Both the position numbers and the translations under genes were made by a program. A stretch of DNA of 64,000 bases, taken from positions 32,001 to 96,000 of IMG/VR virus record IMGVR_UViG_3300020577_006271; one strand, written 5' to 3'. Shown here one piece after another: positions 9,748 through 20,070 of the stretch (positions are counted from its first letter, which is position 1; the number at the start of each line of letters is the position of its first letter). Under the pieces are notes generated by a model that saw only the letters and a list, made by a program, of their open reading frames with translations, made no database searches and had not been told where the DNA came from. The stretch is from a virus. Its lineage: Duplodnaviria; Caudoviricetes.

Positions 9748-9989
9748 TAAATATTTTTATAAATCAATTTAAATTTTGGTAATGCCTTCTCCATCTCAGT
9801 AATTAGAAATCCTAAATTAACTGAATCTAATTTACCTGAATCCATAGCTTTTTTTGTAGTGACCATCGTTTTAAATAATGGTAACATTGTTTGCTGAGCC
9901 ATTCTAGTGCCATTCGAATTTTCATTCAATTTTTTACTAATTGCAGATTCAGTTAATTTAACTATTTGTTTGATTTGTTCTTTTGTCAT
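9747..9989 (-). CDS. hypothetical protein with MTKEQ-type leader
   Basis: MTKEQIKQIVKLTESAISKKLNE. Confidence 0.7.
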   Translation of the reverse strand: MTKEQIKQIVKLTESAISKKLNENSNGTRMAQQTMLPLFKTMVTTKKAMDSGKLDSVNLGFLITEMEKALPKFKLIYKNI

Positions 9990-9990
9990 A

Positions 9991-10512
9991 TCAATTTTCC
10001 TTTAAAATTTTCGTTGAATTTGTTTTATTTATAAATGATGGTTCTGTCGTTAAATGTGCGTCTGCAACTATTGCATAATCATATCCATATAATGACCAAT
10101 CATCCTGTGTTATACCAATAGCAGCATTTGGATTTCTACCTGACCAGTAATTTGTTCCCGAAACTTTATCAACTTCAAAATATTTGTCGTCATACCAAAT
10201 AAAGTCGCCTTCTTCAACTGTTAAGTTTTTTTCTTTTAATTCTGATTTAATGAATGAAAAGGTAAATGTTTTTGAAAAAGACATGGTTGAGTCATCATCC
10301 TGTGGATCTTTTGTTCCCGGTCTAATAACTGCATATATTCTAACTGGTTCGTAGAAGTGTTTATCAGATGATTCTCCATATATATTAGTCTTCGTTTCCA
10401 ATATATTTAATTTAAAGATAGCAACTTCCATTGAAATAATTTTTTGAACTATTTCTTTTGTTACTCCTTTAAGGAATCCACTGTCTCGACCTAAAGTATA
10501 TAGTGGACACAT
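9991..10512 (-). CDS. neck/head completion protein (gp14-like)
   Basis: TKTNIYGES..EEGDFIWYDDKYFEV; position in morphogenesis cluster. Confidence 0.7.
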   Translation of the reverse strand: MCPLYTLGRDSGFLKGVTKEIVQKIISMEVAIFKLNILETKTNIYGESSDKHFYEPVRIYAVIRPGTKDPQDDDSTMSFSKTFTFSFIKSELKEKNLTVEEGDFIWYDDKYFEVDKVSGTNYWSGRNPNAAIGITQDDWSLYGYDYAIVADAHLTTEPSFINKTNSTKILKEN

Positions 10513-10694
10513 TATAATATTTCCTTAGTAATTTTAATTACACACCCTGCCCATCTACCTTTTAAAAAAGGTTTATTGGAATCTCTATATACACCAACTG
10601 TACATCGATGATAATCACATTCATACATAAAATCGTTCAACGATTCGAACGTATCGATAATAACATCATCTTTAATCAAATAGCAATATTGCAT
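10512..10694 (-). CDS. small hypothetical protein, NUMOD1/HTH-like
   Basis: IIDTFESLNDF..KPFLKG resembles homing-endonuclease DNA-binding repeats. Confidence 0.4.
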   Translation of the reverse strand: MQYCYLIKDDVIIDTFESLNDFMYECDYHRCTVGVYRDSNKPFLKGRWAGCVIKITKEIL

Positions 10695-10709
10695 TAATAT
10701 GAATTTATA

Positions 10710-10985
10710 TTATAAATGAGAAATCATTTTAATTTCATCTTCTAACGTATCGTGAAATCTATAATCCAATTTACTCATTTCTTGGTGTAATTCTCGGATT
10801 TTAGTATTGCCTGGGTTAGATTTTCGCATTTTACCTAATGTGATAGCCATATCTTCTATAGCAGTTTGTGCAAGTCTATGCGAATGCCTAAGTTGGTCTC
10901 CATCAGGTGAATTACCTTCATTCAATTTTTTATTAACGATTGTTTCCGTTAATTTAACTATTTGTTTGATCTGTTCTTTTGTCAT
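10710..10985 (-). CDS. hypothetical protein with MTKEQ-type leader
   Basis: MTKEQIKQIVKLTETIVNKKLNEG. Confidence 0.7.
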   Translation of the reverse strand: MTKEQIKQIVKLTETIVNKKLNEGNSPDGDQLRHSHRLAQTAIEDMAITLGKMRKSNPGNTKIRELHQEMSKLDYRFHDTLEDEIKMISHL

Positions 10986-11012
10986 TGTTTTACCTGTTCT
11001 TTTGACATTGTT

Positions 11013-14000
11013 TTACCTATTATTAAACGCTTTTACTTTTTTGGCCAAAGCTGGAATTTGATCATTTCCAACCACTGCTGGAATTGGATTGTTTGCTACT
11101 TCGGACATAATAGCAACTAATTGTGCCAACAATTGTTCAGTCTTGTTAGACGTAGACGATTGACCCATATTGGTTGTATTGTTATAATTAGTTTCAGTTT
11201 TTGAATATTCTTTATCGCTGACCAATTGGGAAGATAAATTAGATACATTCGGTATATCTGGTTCAGACGTTGATGAAATGGTACTCAATTTATTTAACTT
11301 AGTATCATCCATTTCAACAGATGTAGCATTAAATTCTTTGATTGCTGCCACCAGCGCCGTGAATGACGATGCCAACAACGCTATCCCTGGGGCTGCTGAC
11401 GCCAATTGAGTCAGTTTAGTAATTGGATCACCAGTTAATAAAGTCATCATTGAACCTACTGCACCCATACCAGTAAATGCTGTGAATGCCATTGATATTG
11501 CACCAAGTCCTGTGGCAATTCCAATTAATTGGGTTGGATTAATGTCTTTCAATCTTGTTATAGAATTTATAATTCCATCAGTAACTTCGGATAATTGACC
11601 TATACCAAAAGCTGCTACGGTTAATCCTGCACCAAATACTGTTAACGATGCTCCTAAGGCTGTTATAGCAATTGATCCAGATAATATTAAAGGTAATATT
11701 GCACCCATACCAGCTGCAACAACTCCAAACCCAACTAATGCTGCTGCACCTTTACCCAATGAATCCCATTTAACGTTATTGAACATATTCAACGCATACG
11801 CAAGTGGAATCATAGCTAAACCTAAAATTGCCATGGCAGCAGAACCAATTAACATTTGTGGTGCTGCAGTGCCTAATAACATAGCAATACCTGCTAAACC
11901 GGTAAGTGATATCAACCCTTTGGCAACAGATTCCCATTCAACTGAATTAAATTCTTGTAATGCTTTTGATGTAACCCATAATGCGCCAGATATTATTAGC
12001 AATGAAGCAGCGCCAATTGCTGCTTTGGGTGTAAATTTATTTAATCCATCTGCAATGCCACCAAGAATTGATTTAAACACATCTCCTATTCCTGCCCCAA
12101 TTTTTTTAATTGGCTCAATAATTGAATCAGCTAAACCGTTCGTGAATTCTTTTAATGAATCCATTCCAGATTTAATTTTTTCTTGCAAAGATTTAGATGG
12201 CCCAGAAGATTCAGTAGATGTTTCTGATGTAGATGTAAATCGTTCAATTAATTTATCTTTTTGTTCCTTAATTTTGTCCATCACAGTAGAAGAAGCACTT
12301 TCGGTAGTTGAATTGGTGACTGTTGACGTAATTGTTGATGCGATATCAGTACCTTTACCAAATAGACTTCCCATTCCAGTTAATTTTCTGGCCATGTTCA
12401 CCATACCTTTCATCATGGACATTGGAGCTGTGAAAATGCCTGAGACTAATGATCTAATTTTTGACCATTGTGAAATCATCAAACCGCCGAGCAATAAAAA
12501 CGATCCGCCTATCTTAACCCACTCTCCCATACCATCGCCAATACTTTCACCTTTAGTTATCCATCCGTCTAAGATTTGCATCCATTCGGATAACTTAGTT
12601 GATGCTAAACCTATTAACCAAGATATACTTTTCAAAGCTGGTATAAATGGTTTAATTGCCAATCCAATTAATTTAAAACCTAAACCTATAATATCAATTA
12701 CCGGTGCTAAGGCAACTAATATATCCGAAACAACTTCTACTATTGGAAGGAAAGATCGCGTCAGTGTGGCGGTTATACGAGCCCAGGCCATATCCATTGC
12801 TTCTGTGGCTGCGAATTGTTTTGCTTTGGCTTCAAGGTCAGATTTAGTCATACCTGTGATGTCTCCCATTGTATCGAGTTGACTGTTTAATGCCGATTGT
12901 TCCGCTTCTGTCAATGATAAATTCATTTCAGACATTTTAAGCATATTTTTCATTTCACCGACGGTCATACCAATTGTCTCTGCAATTTTCTTTTGGGCTT
13001 GCGGTGAATAGTTATTCAACTCGTCTAGTGATCCAAGTGCTGACAATAGTGATTCTTGAAAAGCTTCAGCGTCTCCATTTATACCAGCATCAAAGACCCC
13101 AGATAAATTAATTTCCGATCCAGTTAATTGAGCCACTTCATACATATCAGTCATGAAATTTTCAATATTCCATGTTGATTGCATTTGTTCTCCAACTTTT
13201 TTAATGTTGGATCCCATCCTTCGTATATTAATGGCAGCTAAAGCCGCTCGTTCTGGCATATTACCAAAGTACATCGAAATTTCTTCAGCGCCATCTATTA
13301 AATCTTTAGCTATTATTTTTGGAGATATTTTAGCTAATTCGGCTGCTTTTAATGTAGATGCAGCTAAATTATTAGCTAATCCGTCATCAGCTCCAATTTG
13401 TTTAAACAATTCAATCATCGATGCTGCTTCGTCTGCAGCAATACCATATGCAGAAGACATTAATGAACTGTATTCAACTAACTCTTTACCTTCTTTGGAT
13501 GTCAAATCAACCAATCTACCATATTTTTCTAGATGGGCAGTTTGGATTTGCATTATACGTTCCTGAGTTACTGCTATATTTCCAGCAGCACCTTCCATTT
13601 TTAACATGGCATCGTATAATTTAAATGCTTCTCCCTTTGATACACCTAATTCAGTTGATATATCCTTCACGCGACCCATTACGTTATACACGGCAACGGC
13701 CGCTAAAGCAAAACCTGCAGCCATCAATTTGATTGGACTAATTGTACCCAATAATCCGCCAGTAAAATCTTTAACATAACCTGAAATAGCGTCGAAGAAA
13801 CTTGATGGGTTTTCCTTATTAAACAACTTTTCAGTCATTGAATTAAAGGCTTTATCCGACGATATCGTTATCGTATCTAGTATTTTATCAGTGCCTATCA
13901 AACTTTGTGTCCACAATGGTAATGATGTCAACGCATCCTTTAATTGATCAGTCATATGCTCTTGAGCACCTTTGATCGATTGAATAGTCGATCTATATTT

Positions 14001-15335
14001 GGTCATAACATCTAATTCAGCTTTAGATAGTTTAATTTGTTTATTTTGCATGGCCAGAGTTGCCATAGCTGAACTATGAATATGGAAGAGCAATTGTTCT
14101 TTTTCACTAAGTGTTTTAATTTCAGCTTCTGCAGCATGTACGTGATCATTTAGATAATCTAACCTATCCTTGTCAGTTAATAATAAATTATCTGTAAGCA
14201 TGCCCATTTCAATATGGCTTGCAATTAAATCATTGGCAAATTTTAATTTGGATTGTTCTAATTTAATCTGATCCTTACCGTCCCGTATAATCATAGCGTT
14301 ATGTTCAGCCATTAAATTATACATGTCTTGCATTCTTTGAGAATTGGCTAATATTGCATCTTGAGTTTCTGGAGTTACTGGAAGACCATTAGATGTCATA
14401 GATGTATTACCGGAAGAATCTGGTTGCATTGAGAAACCACCAATTGCCATGATACCTGCTAAAATATTATCTTTAATGTCCATGACTCTGTCTTCAATAG
14501 TTGACAGCTCAGTATTAAACCTATTAGACATTAAGGTTGCTGCATCATTAAAATTTAACCCAACTTCTCCAGCTAAGTCTATGCTATCCGAATTTAAATT
14601 TGATTTAAGTTTATTAAATTCTGAGATTGCGTCATCGGCAGACATGGCAGGAATATCCATAACAGACAGCATATCTGTATATTTCGATGCCGTAATAATT
14701 AAATTATCTATAGAATCTTTAGATGCATTAATATTAACCCCAATGATATCTTGATATATACCCTGTTTCTTATATTCGGCTGACAACTTTTCCAGCTGTT
14801 TATGAAATAAGGCAAGATTGCCGAGTGTATCGTCAATAATATCTGCATTATCAGTTAAATGTTGAGTAACTGAATCTAAATCAGTGTTTAATAAATCTGC
14901 TTGTTTTTGAGTAGCTGTAATTAACTTGGTAATCTTAATATAATCATCGTCATTATCTAACTCAACTTGCATTTTGTTATTTTGAATGACATCTTTTAAT
15001 AACAGTTTCTCAAGTTCCTGTACATCCGATCCTGATTTTAATGCTTTATTTTTGTTTAAAATCCGAATAATATCTTTAGCATTGGTGTCATTAAGTAAAG
15101 ATATATCCTTAAATATTTTTTCCAAAGAATACCCAGACGATTTAAAATCCACGAAGCCATGTTGCATTGATTTAAGTACCGAAGCGAAGTTTTTCGTTTG
15201 AGTATCTAAACCACTCTTAACCGCATTTAAAAACTCCTTGGTATTAGAACCATCAGATTTCATTAAGCGCTTGATTACCGATCGTAATTGCTCAATGTCA
15301 GATTCAGTTAAATTGGTTTTTTGTTTTTCTGCCAT
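11013..15335 (-). CDS. tape measure protein
   Basis: 1440 aa, helical and Ala/Gly-rich with hydrophobic segments; downstream of tube and chaperone genes. Confidence 0.85.
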   Translation of the reverse strand: MAEKQKTNLTESDIEQLRSVIKRLMKSDGSNTKEFLNAVKSGLDTQTKNFASVLKSMQHGFVDFKSSGYSLEKIFKDISLLNDTNAKDIIRILNKNKALKSGSDVQELEKLLLKDVIQNNKMQVELDNDDDYIKITKLITATQKQADLLNTDLDSVTQHLTDNADIIDDTLGNLALFHKQLEKLSAEYKKQGIYQDIIGVNINASKDSIDNLIITASKYTDMLSVMDIPAMSADDAISEFNKLKSNLNSDSIDLAGEVGLNFNDAATLMSNRFNTELSTIEDRVMDIKDNILAGIMAIGGFSMQPDSSGNTSMTSNGLPVTPETQDAILANSQRMQDMYNLMAEHNAMIIRDGKDQIKLEQSKLKFANDLIASHIEMGMLTDNLLLTDKDRLDYLNDHVHAAEAEIKTLSEKEQLLFHIHSSAMATLAMQNKQIKLSKAELDVMTKYRSTIQSIKGAQEHMTDQLKDALTSLPLWTQSLIGTDKILDTITISSDKAFNSMTEKLFNKENPSSFFDAISGYVKDFTGGLLGTISPIKLMAAGFALAAVAVYNVMGRVKDISTELGVSKGEAFKLYDAMLKMEGAAGNIAVTQERIMQIQTAHLEKYGRLVDLTSKEGKELVEYSSLMSSAYGIAADEAASMIELFKQIGADDGLANNLAASTLKAAELAKISPKIIAKDLIDGAEEISMYFGNMPERAALAAINIRRMGSNIKKVGEQMQSTWNIENFMTDMYEVAQLTGSEINLSGVFDAGINGDAEAFQESLLSALGSLDELNNYSPQAQKKIAETIGMTVGEMKNMLKMSEMNLSLTEAEQSALNSQLDTMGDITGMTKSDLEAKAKQFAATEAMDMAWARITATLTRSFLPIVEVVSDILVALAPVIDIIGLGFKLIGLAIKPFIPALKSISWLIGLASTKLSEWMQILDGWITKGESIGDGMGEWVKIGGSFLLLGGLMISQWSKIRSLVSGIFTAPMSMMKGMVNMARKLTGMGSLFGKGTDIASTITSTVTNSTTESASSTVMDKIKEQKDKLIERFTSTSETSTESSGPSKSLQEKIKSGMDSLKEFTNGLADSIIEPIKKIGAGIGDVFKSILGGIADGLNKFTPKAAIGAASLLIISGALWVTSKALQEFNSVEWESVAKGLISLTGLAGIAMLLGTAAPQMLIGSAAMAILGLAMIPLAYALNMFNNVKWDSLGKGAAALVGFGVVAAGMGAILPLILSGSIAITALGASLTVFGAGLTVAAFGIGQLSEVTDGIINSITRLKDINPTQLIGIATGLGAISMAFTAFTGMGAVGSMMTLLTGDPITKLTQLASAAPGIALLASSFTALVAAIKEFNATSVEMDDTKLNKLSTISSTSEPDIPNVSNLSSQLVSDKEYSKTETNYNNTTNMGQSSTSNKTEQLLAQLVAIMSEVANNPIPAVVGNDQIPALAKKVKAFNNR

Positions 15336-15370
15336 ATTATAATTAGTTAGGAAACTAATATATAAAGAAT

Positions 15371-15407
15371 GACCCGCTAGCAGATTTTACGGTATGCTGA
15401 ACGGGTA
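15371..15407 (-). terminator. imperfect GC-rich hairpin between chaperone and TMP genes
   Basis: ACCCGCTAGCA...TGCTGAACGGGT inverted repeat. Confidence 0.4.
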
Positions 15408-15410
15408 CTG

Positions 15411-15722
15411 TCAATGTTTGCGTTTGGCTTTGTTTATGGCTTCGGCTTTTTCATTCAATTTATAAATTAATCTAGATATATAGAAATTGCGAATTGAAAC
15501 TGGCATCGAATACACATCATTAAATGTTATTGCGCCTTTACATTCGTAAATAAAATCAAAAATTTCAGTGTGTAATTTCTGCTTATAATCTTCTGTTATT
15601 CCAAAAAACTTATAATCGAATATAAAATTCAACTGATTATTTTTCGAAATCTGGGTAAAACATTGTAATTCCCAATTGTATTTTACCACGAAAGGTTTCC
15701 CCAGTATCGGGATCCTCCACAT
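15411..15722 (-). CDS. gp51-like hub assembly/tail chaperone C-terminal ORF, likely expressed by recoding
   Basis: FFGITEDYK..IFDFIY..FNDVYSMPVSIRNFY; no ATG before the conserved part; overlaps the upstream gene in the +1 frame. Confidence 0.65.
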   Translation of the reverse strand: MWRIPILGKPFVVKYNWELQCFTQISKNNQLNFIFDYKFFGITEDYKQKLHTEIFDFIYECKGAITFNDVYSMPVSIRNFYISRLIYKLNEKAEAINKAKRKH

Positions 15723-16434
15723 CTAATTCAAGATCGATATCTGGCTGAACACGTTGTACAAATTCTCTGATGAACCTGGTATCTGCTACAACCAAATTAT
15801 TAATTGCTTCAACCAATTTATCAGGAGTTACTCCATCAATGGATTTAATTAAATATCTATACATTGTGGTTGCCGTTGCATCTGCACCTTTATTAAAAGA
15901 TTTGATTTTTTCATTTGCGGCTACGGAAGCTTCGTAATCCTTCAATTTACCAACGGTAAACAGTTCAATTTGAATTGTTTTTCCAGAAACTGGTAATTTA
16001 CATGTGAAGATATTCGAACTATTAAATAGTTTTTCATCTAAGGATTTATGCCCAATTTCAGTTAAATCAATGGTTAATGGCATATCTTTACCATTAGGCT
16101 TTCTAACAGTTGTTTTATAATCTTTACCATACCCATAAATACGGGCTGCGATCATAATTGCATTCCTATCCCCAACTAATAAATCATCATAATTAAATTT
16201 AGTCACGATAAGCGATTGAAGCAATTTGTCAAGGACAACATTTTTATCAATGTACGATTTCGTTGACAAGATATCTTCTTCCTTAGCAGTCATGTATTTA
16301 ATTTCGATTTCTCCAGAACGAAGTGGATGACCTTCAGGATATAATAAACCCTTAGATGGTAAAGTTACGATTTCAGTTGGAAATCTTTCTTGTGATGCAG
16401 CCTTAATTGTTTCAGGCGTGATAATTTCAGTCAT
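15637..16434 (-). CDS. baseplate hub assembly/tail assembly chaperone (gp26-like)
   Basis: FPTEIVTLPSKG..YMTAKEEDIL..DLLVGDRNAIMIAARIYGYG. Confidence 0.8.
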   Translation of the reverse strand: MTEIITPETIKAASQERFPTEIVTLPSKGLLYPEGHPLRSGEIEIKYMTAKEEDILSTKSYIDKNVVLDKLLQSLIVTKFNYDDLLVGDRNAIMIAARIYGYGKDYKTTVRKPNGKDMPLTIDLTEIGHKSLDEKLFNSSNIFTCKLPVSGKTIQIELFTVGKLKDYEASVAANEKIKSFNKGADATATTMYRYLIKSIDGVTPDKLVEAINNLVVADTRFIREFVQRVQPDIDLELDVEDPDTGETFRGKIQLGITMFYPDFEK

Positions 16435-16447
16435 ATGTAATTATAAT

Positions 16448-16681
16448 TTATTTTCGTATTTCTTTTTTGTATGTTATATTAACTCTACCTTTGCACATAG
16501 GAGAATCTGGATATGCTTTACAATACCAAGACATATTGTCTTCTAATTGCTTAATATCCTGTTGTACTTTTTTAAATTCTCCTTCTAATCCAGGATCGGT
16601 TACTTTTATGGATGCTGCTATTTTTCCCATTTCAGCTGACATGCGTCTGGATATTAGCATTTTTATTAGTGATCCTATCAT
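16448..16681 (-). CDS. hypothetical protein
   Basis: 77 aa ORF, ATGA overlap with upstream gene. Confidence 0.55.
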   Translation of the reverse strand: MIGSLIKMLISRRMSAEMGKIAASIKVTDPGLEGEFKKVQQDIKQLEDNMSWYCKAYPDSPMCKGRVNITYKKEIRK

Positions 16682-16905
16682 GATTTATTATAGGTATTTC
16701 GAATTGAACGGAATTCACTGATGTCACTTAATGCTTCACTTAAATTATCCATCAGGATACTGTATTTTTCCTTAAGATCCGTTTCAATGTGCAACGCTTT
16801 CATTTTTTTCAAACTTGTCCAAATATCAGTTTCGACATCGTTTAATTGTTTATCGATTTCGTCTGTCATGTAAGACTCGAAAAGTATGTCTTTAAATTTT
16901 ACCAT
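16678..16905 (-). CDS. hypothetical protein with MIKFK-type leader
   Basis: MVKFKDILFE from ATG 16905. Confidence 0.7.
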   Translation of the reverse strand: MVKFKDILFESYMTDEIDKQLNDVETDIWTSLKKMKALHIETDLKEKYSILMDNLSEALSDISEFRSIRNTYNKS

Positions 16906-16964
16906 ATACAATATATAGTTAAATTAAATTAATTTTCTTAATTAAGTATGCCATTATTCATCTA

Positions 16965-16995
16965 CAAATATACATACAAATTTTAAATCGTCAAA
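16965..16995 (-). promoter_or_regulatory. Bacteroidota-type promoter
   Basis: TTTG-N19-TATATTTG, perfect TAnnTTTG. Confidence 0.65.
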
Positions 16996-17035
16996 ATTAA
17001 ATTCAATTATTAACATTAAATTAACAATTAAGGTG

Positions 17036-17068
17036 AAAAAAGAGCCAATCGTTGTGAAAGGCTCTTTT
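17036..17068 (-). terminator. intrinsic terminator after the tail tube gene
   Basis: AAAAGAGCC...GGCTCTTTT stem with T-tract. Confidence 0.8.
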
Positions 17069-17092
17069 AATCTAATATAGTGCGATTATTGG

Positions 17093-17554
17093 TTAACCAA
17101 GTACTGCGTAATCATAACACAATTCAAGTTCTATTGTCTTTGCTTCATCTGTACTCCAGTCCATCTGTCCCCAGTTTGAGACTTTAATAAATGTACCATA
17201 CAAGGTCCAAGTTTCCACGGCTGAGATTTTTGGATCCATAGCCTGTAGAGTAATGTCTTTTTTGTATTCACTGAATGCAAATCCGTCTATTCCAGATTGG
17301 CTATCGTGATGAACTTTAATCCAATCGTGTACCGCTTTGGCTCCGGATGGATCTACTGGATCATACAAGGTAATACTTATATTCTGCCATCTAGACTTAG
17401 CTTTCACTTTAAAGTCTGTATTATTAAAATCGATATTAATCTGACCATTGTCCAAGTTAGGCATGGCTGCAGTTTTTATAATATACGATGGTATGCCAGC
17501 TATGGTCATCAAAAACCGAAACGATACTTTTGGTTCAAATGGTGTAAACATCAT
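17093..17554 (-). CDS. tail tube protein (gp19-like)
   Basis: FEPKVSFRF..WQNISITLYDPV..YKKDITL..ETWTLYG..YDYAVL. Confidence 0.92.
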   Translation of the reverse strand: MMFTPFEPKVSFRFLMTIAGIPSYIIKTAAMPNLDNGQINIDFNNTDFKVKAKSRWQNISITLYDPVDPSGAKAVHDWIKVHHDSQSGIDGFAFSEYKKDITLQAMDPKISAVETWTLYGTFIKVSNWGQMDWSTDEAKTIELELCYDYAVLG

Positions 17555-17583
17555 ATCAATTAATTCCTTTTATTATAAATAGT

Positions 17584-19995
17584 TTAATTTTGAGTTTTTA
17601 CTGTGTCAACTGGAAATACTGCCCCGGTTGGTAAAACATTAAAATCAACTATAATAAATTCTGCTGTTTTAGCAGGCTTTAAATAAATTTGTGCACGCAT
17701 TTCGTTTCTATCGACTACTTCAGGACTATTGTTTTTTTCATCTATAATAATTCTAAAGTCGTATAAACCCTGTTTTCTTCTACAATCTTCAAACCATGGA
17801 TTAGTGATATTTAAGAAATTATTTCGAGTTTCTATTGTATTTTGTTCAAATACTAAATATTTACTCGTTGCTGCTACATGTCGTTTTGCTGCGATTAATA
17901 ATCTTCTTACATTAATTCTATCTAATGCTGAACGTTTTTTCTGTAATGTTTTTTGACCCCAAACAACTACACCATTTCTAGGGAACGTTGCAATTGGATT
18001 AACAGATTTTTGATATAGATTATCTCGGTCGCCTTGTGTCATAATCCGTTCAGTTTGAATTGCTTGTTCCAATCCACCTCTGTTTAGACCTGCTGGCGCG
18101 AACCATTTTTGACCAAAATAGTCATTAAATGAAAACACCCCAGTCATAACAGCACTTGGTGGCAACCATACATTATCTCCTAAATTAGGATCAGTGAACT
18201 GAATCCATGGATAATACATACCTGCATAATTACTATTTCTTCCATCAGCTGCTCTTTGAGCATCACCTACATTCTTACCGTAAGGAACTGGGTCAACTAT
18301 GTAGAAACAGTCTCCTCTATCTTCAACCATTGATATCGCTCTGGTTATAATTTGTGCGTGTGATGGCAATAAATCAAATAAACCTGGAGTAACTAATAAG
18401 TCAAAATCAAATTGATCTTTATTGCTCATCATATCAATGGCGTCTAGATAATTGGTTTGACCATATTCAGCTCTGGCAACATTTAATCCTTGTGTATTGT
18501 ATTCCCAAATATTTTCATTCATTGCTTTTGGATTGGCAACATTTCCGTCAGAACCAAATGCTAATATTCCCAATAATGGAGTTTGAACAGTGGATGATAT
18601 AGTAGTTACCTTAGAGAATTTACTAATATCAGTCGATTCAATAATACCTAATGTAACTTTCGATGGCATCACACCAGCAGCAGTTGCAACAGCAGGAGTT
18701 GCTAATACCAACGTTGTATCATTAGTTATAGTCGCAATTGAATGCCATTCAGTTCCAAATTTAATTACATCGCCAACTTTCAATTCTGTTGTAAATAATG
18801 TATTTACTCCAGTTACAGCAGTTGAAGCAGCCGTAACACTAATTGTACCAGTTAATCCTGTGGTTGGTGTGGTATTAGTTACACCAGTAATATTAATTTT
18901 TCCAACATAAGTAGGAGTGAATGCTGCTGGCAAATGTTCAACATTGTTGAAGTCTCTGACGAAGCCATCTTCAGTTAAATAGTTAAGAGTTTTTCTGAAA
19001 ACGACCACTCTAACGTATCTAGATTTGTTTGGATAGTTTCCTTTTAATTGTAAATAAGGCACACCACTTGAATCAGCTTGTAATGCGTAATATTGAGTAC
19101 CAATTACTTTTTCAATATAGTTTGGTTGAGTTGGGTCTAGTGTAACTCCACTGAAACTTTCTAGGATAAATCTTCTTTGGCTGGAGTCATCACCACGTCT
19201 AATGTTAAGATCGAATGTACCTCTTAATGGATCTACATTTGTAACTTCCCATCTAATATTGTACGGTGTTCCTTCACGTAAGATATCTAAATCTTCCATA
19301 TCCCCATTTGGATTATCCTGAGCATCATAAACGCTCGTTTTACCATTCAGTGCTGAAATTTTAGTTCCCGAATTTGTTGAATCTCCATCTGACAACGCGA
19401 CTAATTGGAATGACATTTGTGATTTCGCGGCATCAAATGATGTCTGCCAAGCACTATTATAAGCTGAATCAATTAAATCATTAATAGCCGCAAATTCTGC
19501 TTCAGTTAGTGCATTATTAGTAGATGTATTATCTACCATGCTATCATAATCAGCTCTTAAATATGAGGTTGAATTAGCTGCATTAAAATCTGCAATTGCA
19601 TCATCAATATAATCTTCACGATTCATTAATGTTGGTAATGTGATTGCAGCACCAGAAGCAGATTTAGCTAATACATTACTTTTTGCTGGGGCAAACCTAT
19701 TACCCAATATTCTAACAACTGTAGCAACTTCTCCATATCGTAAATATTCTTCTACTGCGTATGATGTCAGATATTTAAACTCTCTTTCTTCAATTCCTGA
19801 TCCAGATGTAAATACATCTCCGAACCATCTAAGATATTCTGAATATGATGATACTGGAGTCGGTACCATCGCTGGACCTCGCATTGTTGGTCCGATAACG
19901 GCCATGCCCACTGCTGGTGAAACAAGTGGATAGAATGATAAATCTATTTCACGTGTGTAGACACCTGCGGACAAAAAGCTATTTTTTAATGCCAT
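17584..19995 (-). CDS. tail sheath protein (gp18-like)
   Basis: SAGVYTREID, YYPW, WFAPAGLNRG, WGQKTLQ, RINVRRLL, KTAEFI. Confidence 0.95.
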   Translation of the reverse strand: MALKNSFLSAGVYTREIDLSFYPLVSPAVGMAVIGPTMRGPAMVPTPVSSYSEYLRWFGDVFTSGSGIEEREFKYLTSYAVEEYLRYGEVATVVRILGNRFAPAKSNVLAKSASGAAITLPTLMNREDYIDDAIADFNAANSTSYLRADYDSMVDNTSTNNALTEAEFAAINDLIDSAYNSAWQTSFDAAKSQMSFQLVALSDGDSTNSGTKISALNGKTSVYDAQDNPNGDMEDLDILREGTPYNIRWEVTNVDPLRGTFDLNIRRGDDSSQRRFILESFSGVTLDPTQPNYIEKVIGTQYYALQADSSGVPYLQLKGNYPNKSRYVRVVVFRKTLNYLTEDGFVRDFNNVEHLPAAFTPTYVGKINITGVTNTTPTTGLTGTISVTAASTAVTGVNTLFTTELKVGDVIKFGTEWHSIATITNDTTLVLATPAVATAAGVMPSKVTLGIIESTDISKFSKVTTISSTVQTPLLGILAFGSDGNVANPKAMNENIWEYNTQGLNVARAEYGQTNYLDAIDMMSNKDQFDFDLLVTPGLFDLLPSHAQIITRAISMVEDRGDCFYIVDPVPYGKNVGDAQRAADGRNSNYAGMYYPWIQFTDPNLGDNVWLPPSAVMTGVFSFNDYFGQKWFAPAGLNRGGLEQAIQTERIMTQGDRDNLYQKSVNPIATFPRNGVVVWGQKTLQKKRSALDRINVRRLLIAAKRHVAATSKYLVFEQNTIETRNNFLNITNPWFEDCRRKQGLYDFRIIIDEKNNSPEVVDRNEMRAQIYLKPAKTAEFIIVDFNVLPTGAVFPVDTVKTQN

Positions 19996-20070
19996 ATTTT
20001 TAATCCTTCAAATTTAATAAAATAAATAGTTAGAAGGCGTGGCAAACGTAGGTTTTATCAGTGGTAAATT

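Noticed and set aside
11779-12882. 367-aa plus-strand ORF (and the other plus-strand ORFs, e.g. 35268..36020, 31584..32066)
   Set aside because: Antisense shadows of well-supported minus-strand genes; no motifs, RBS or promoters
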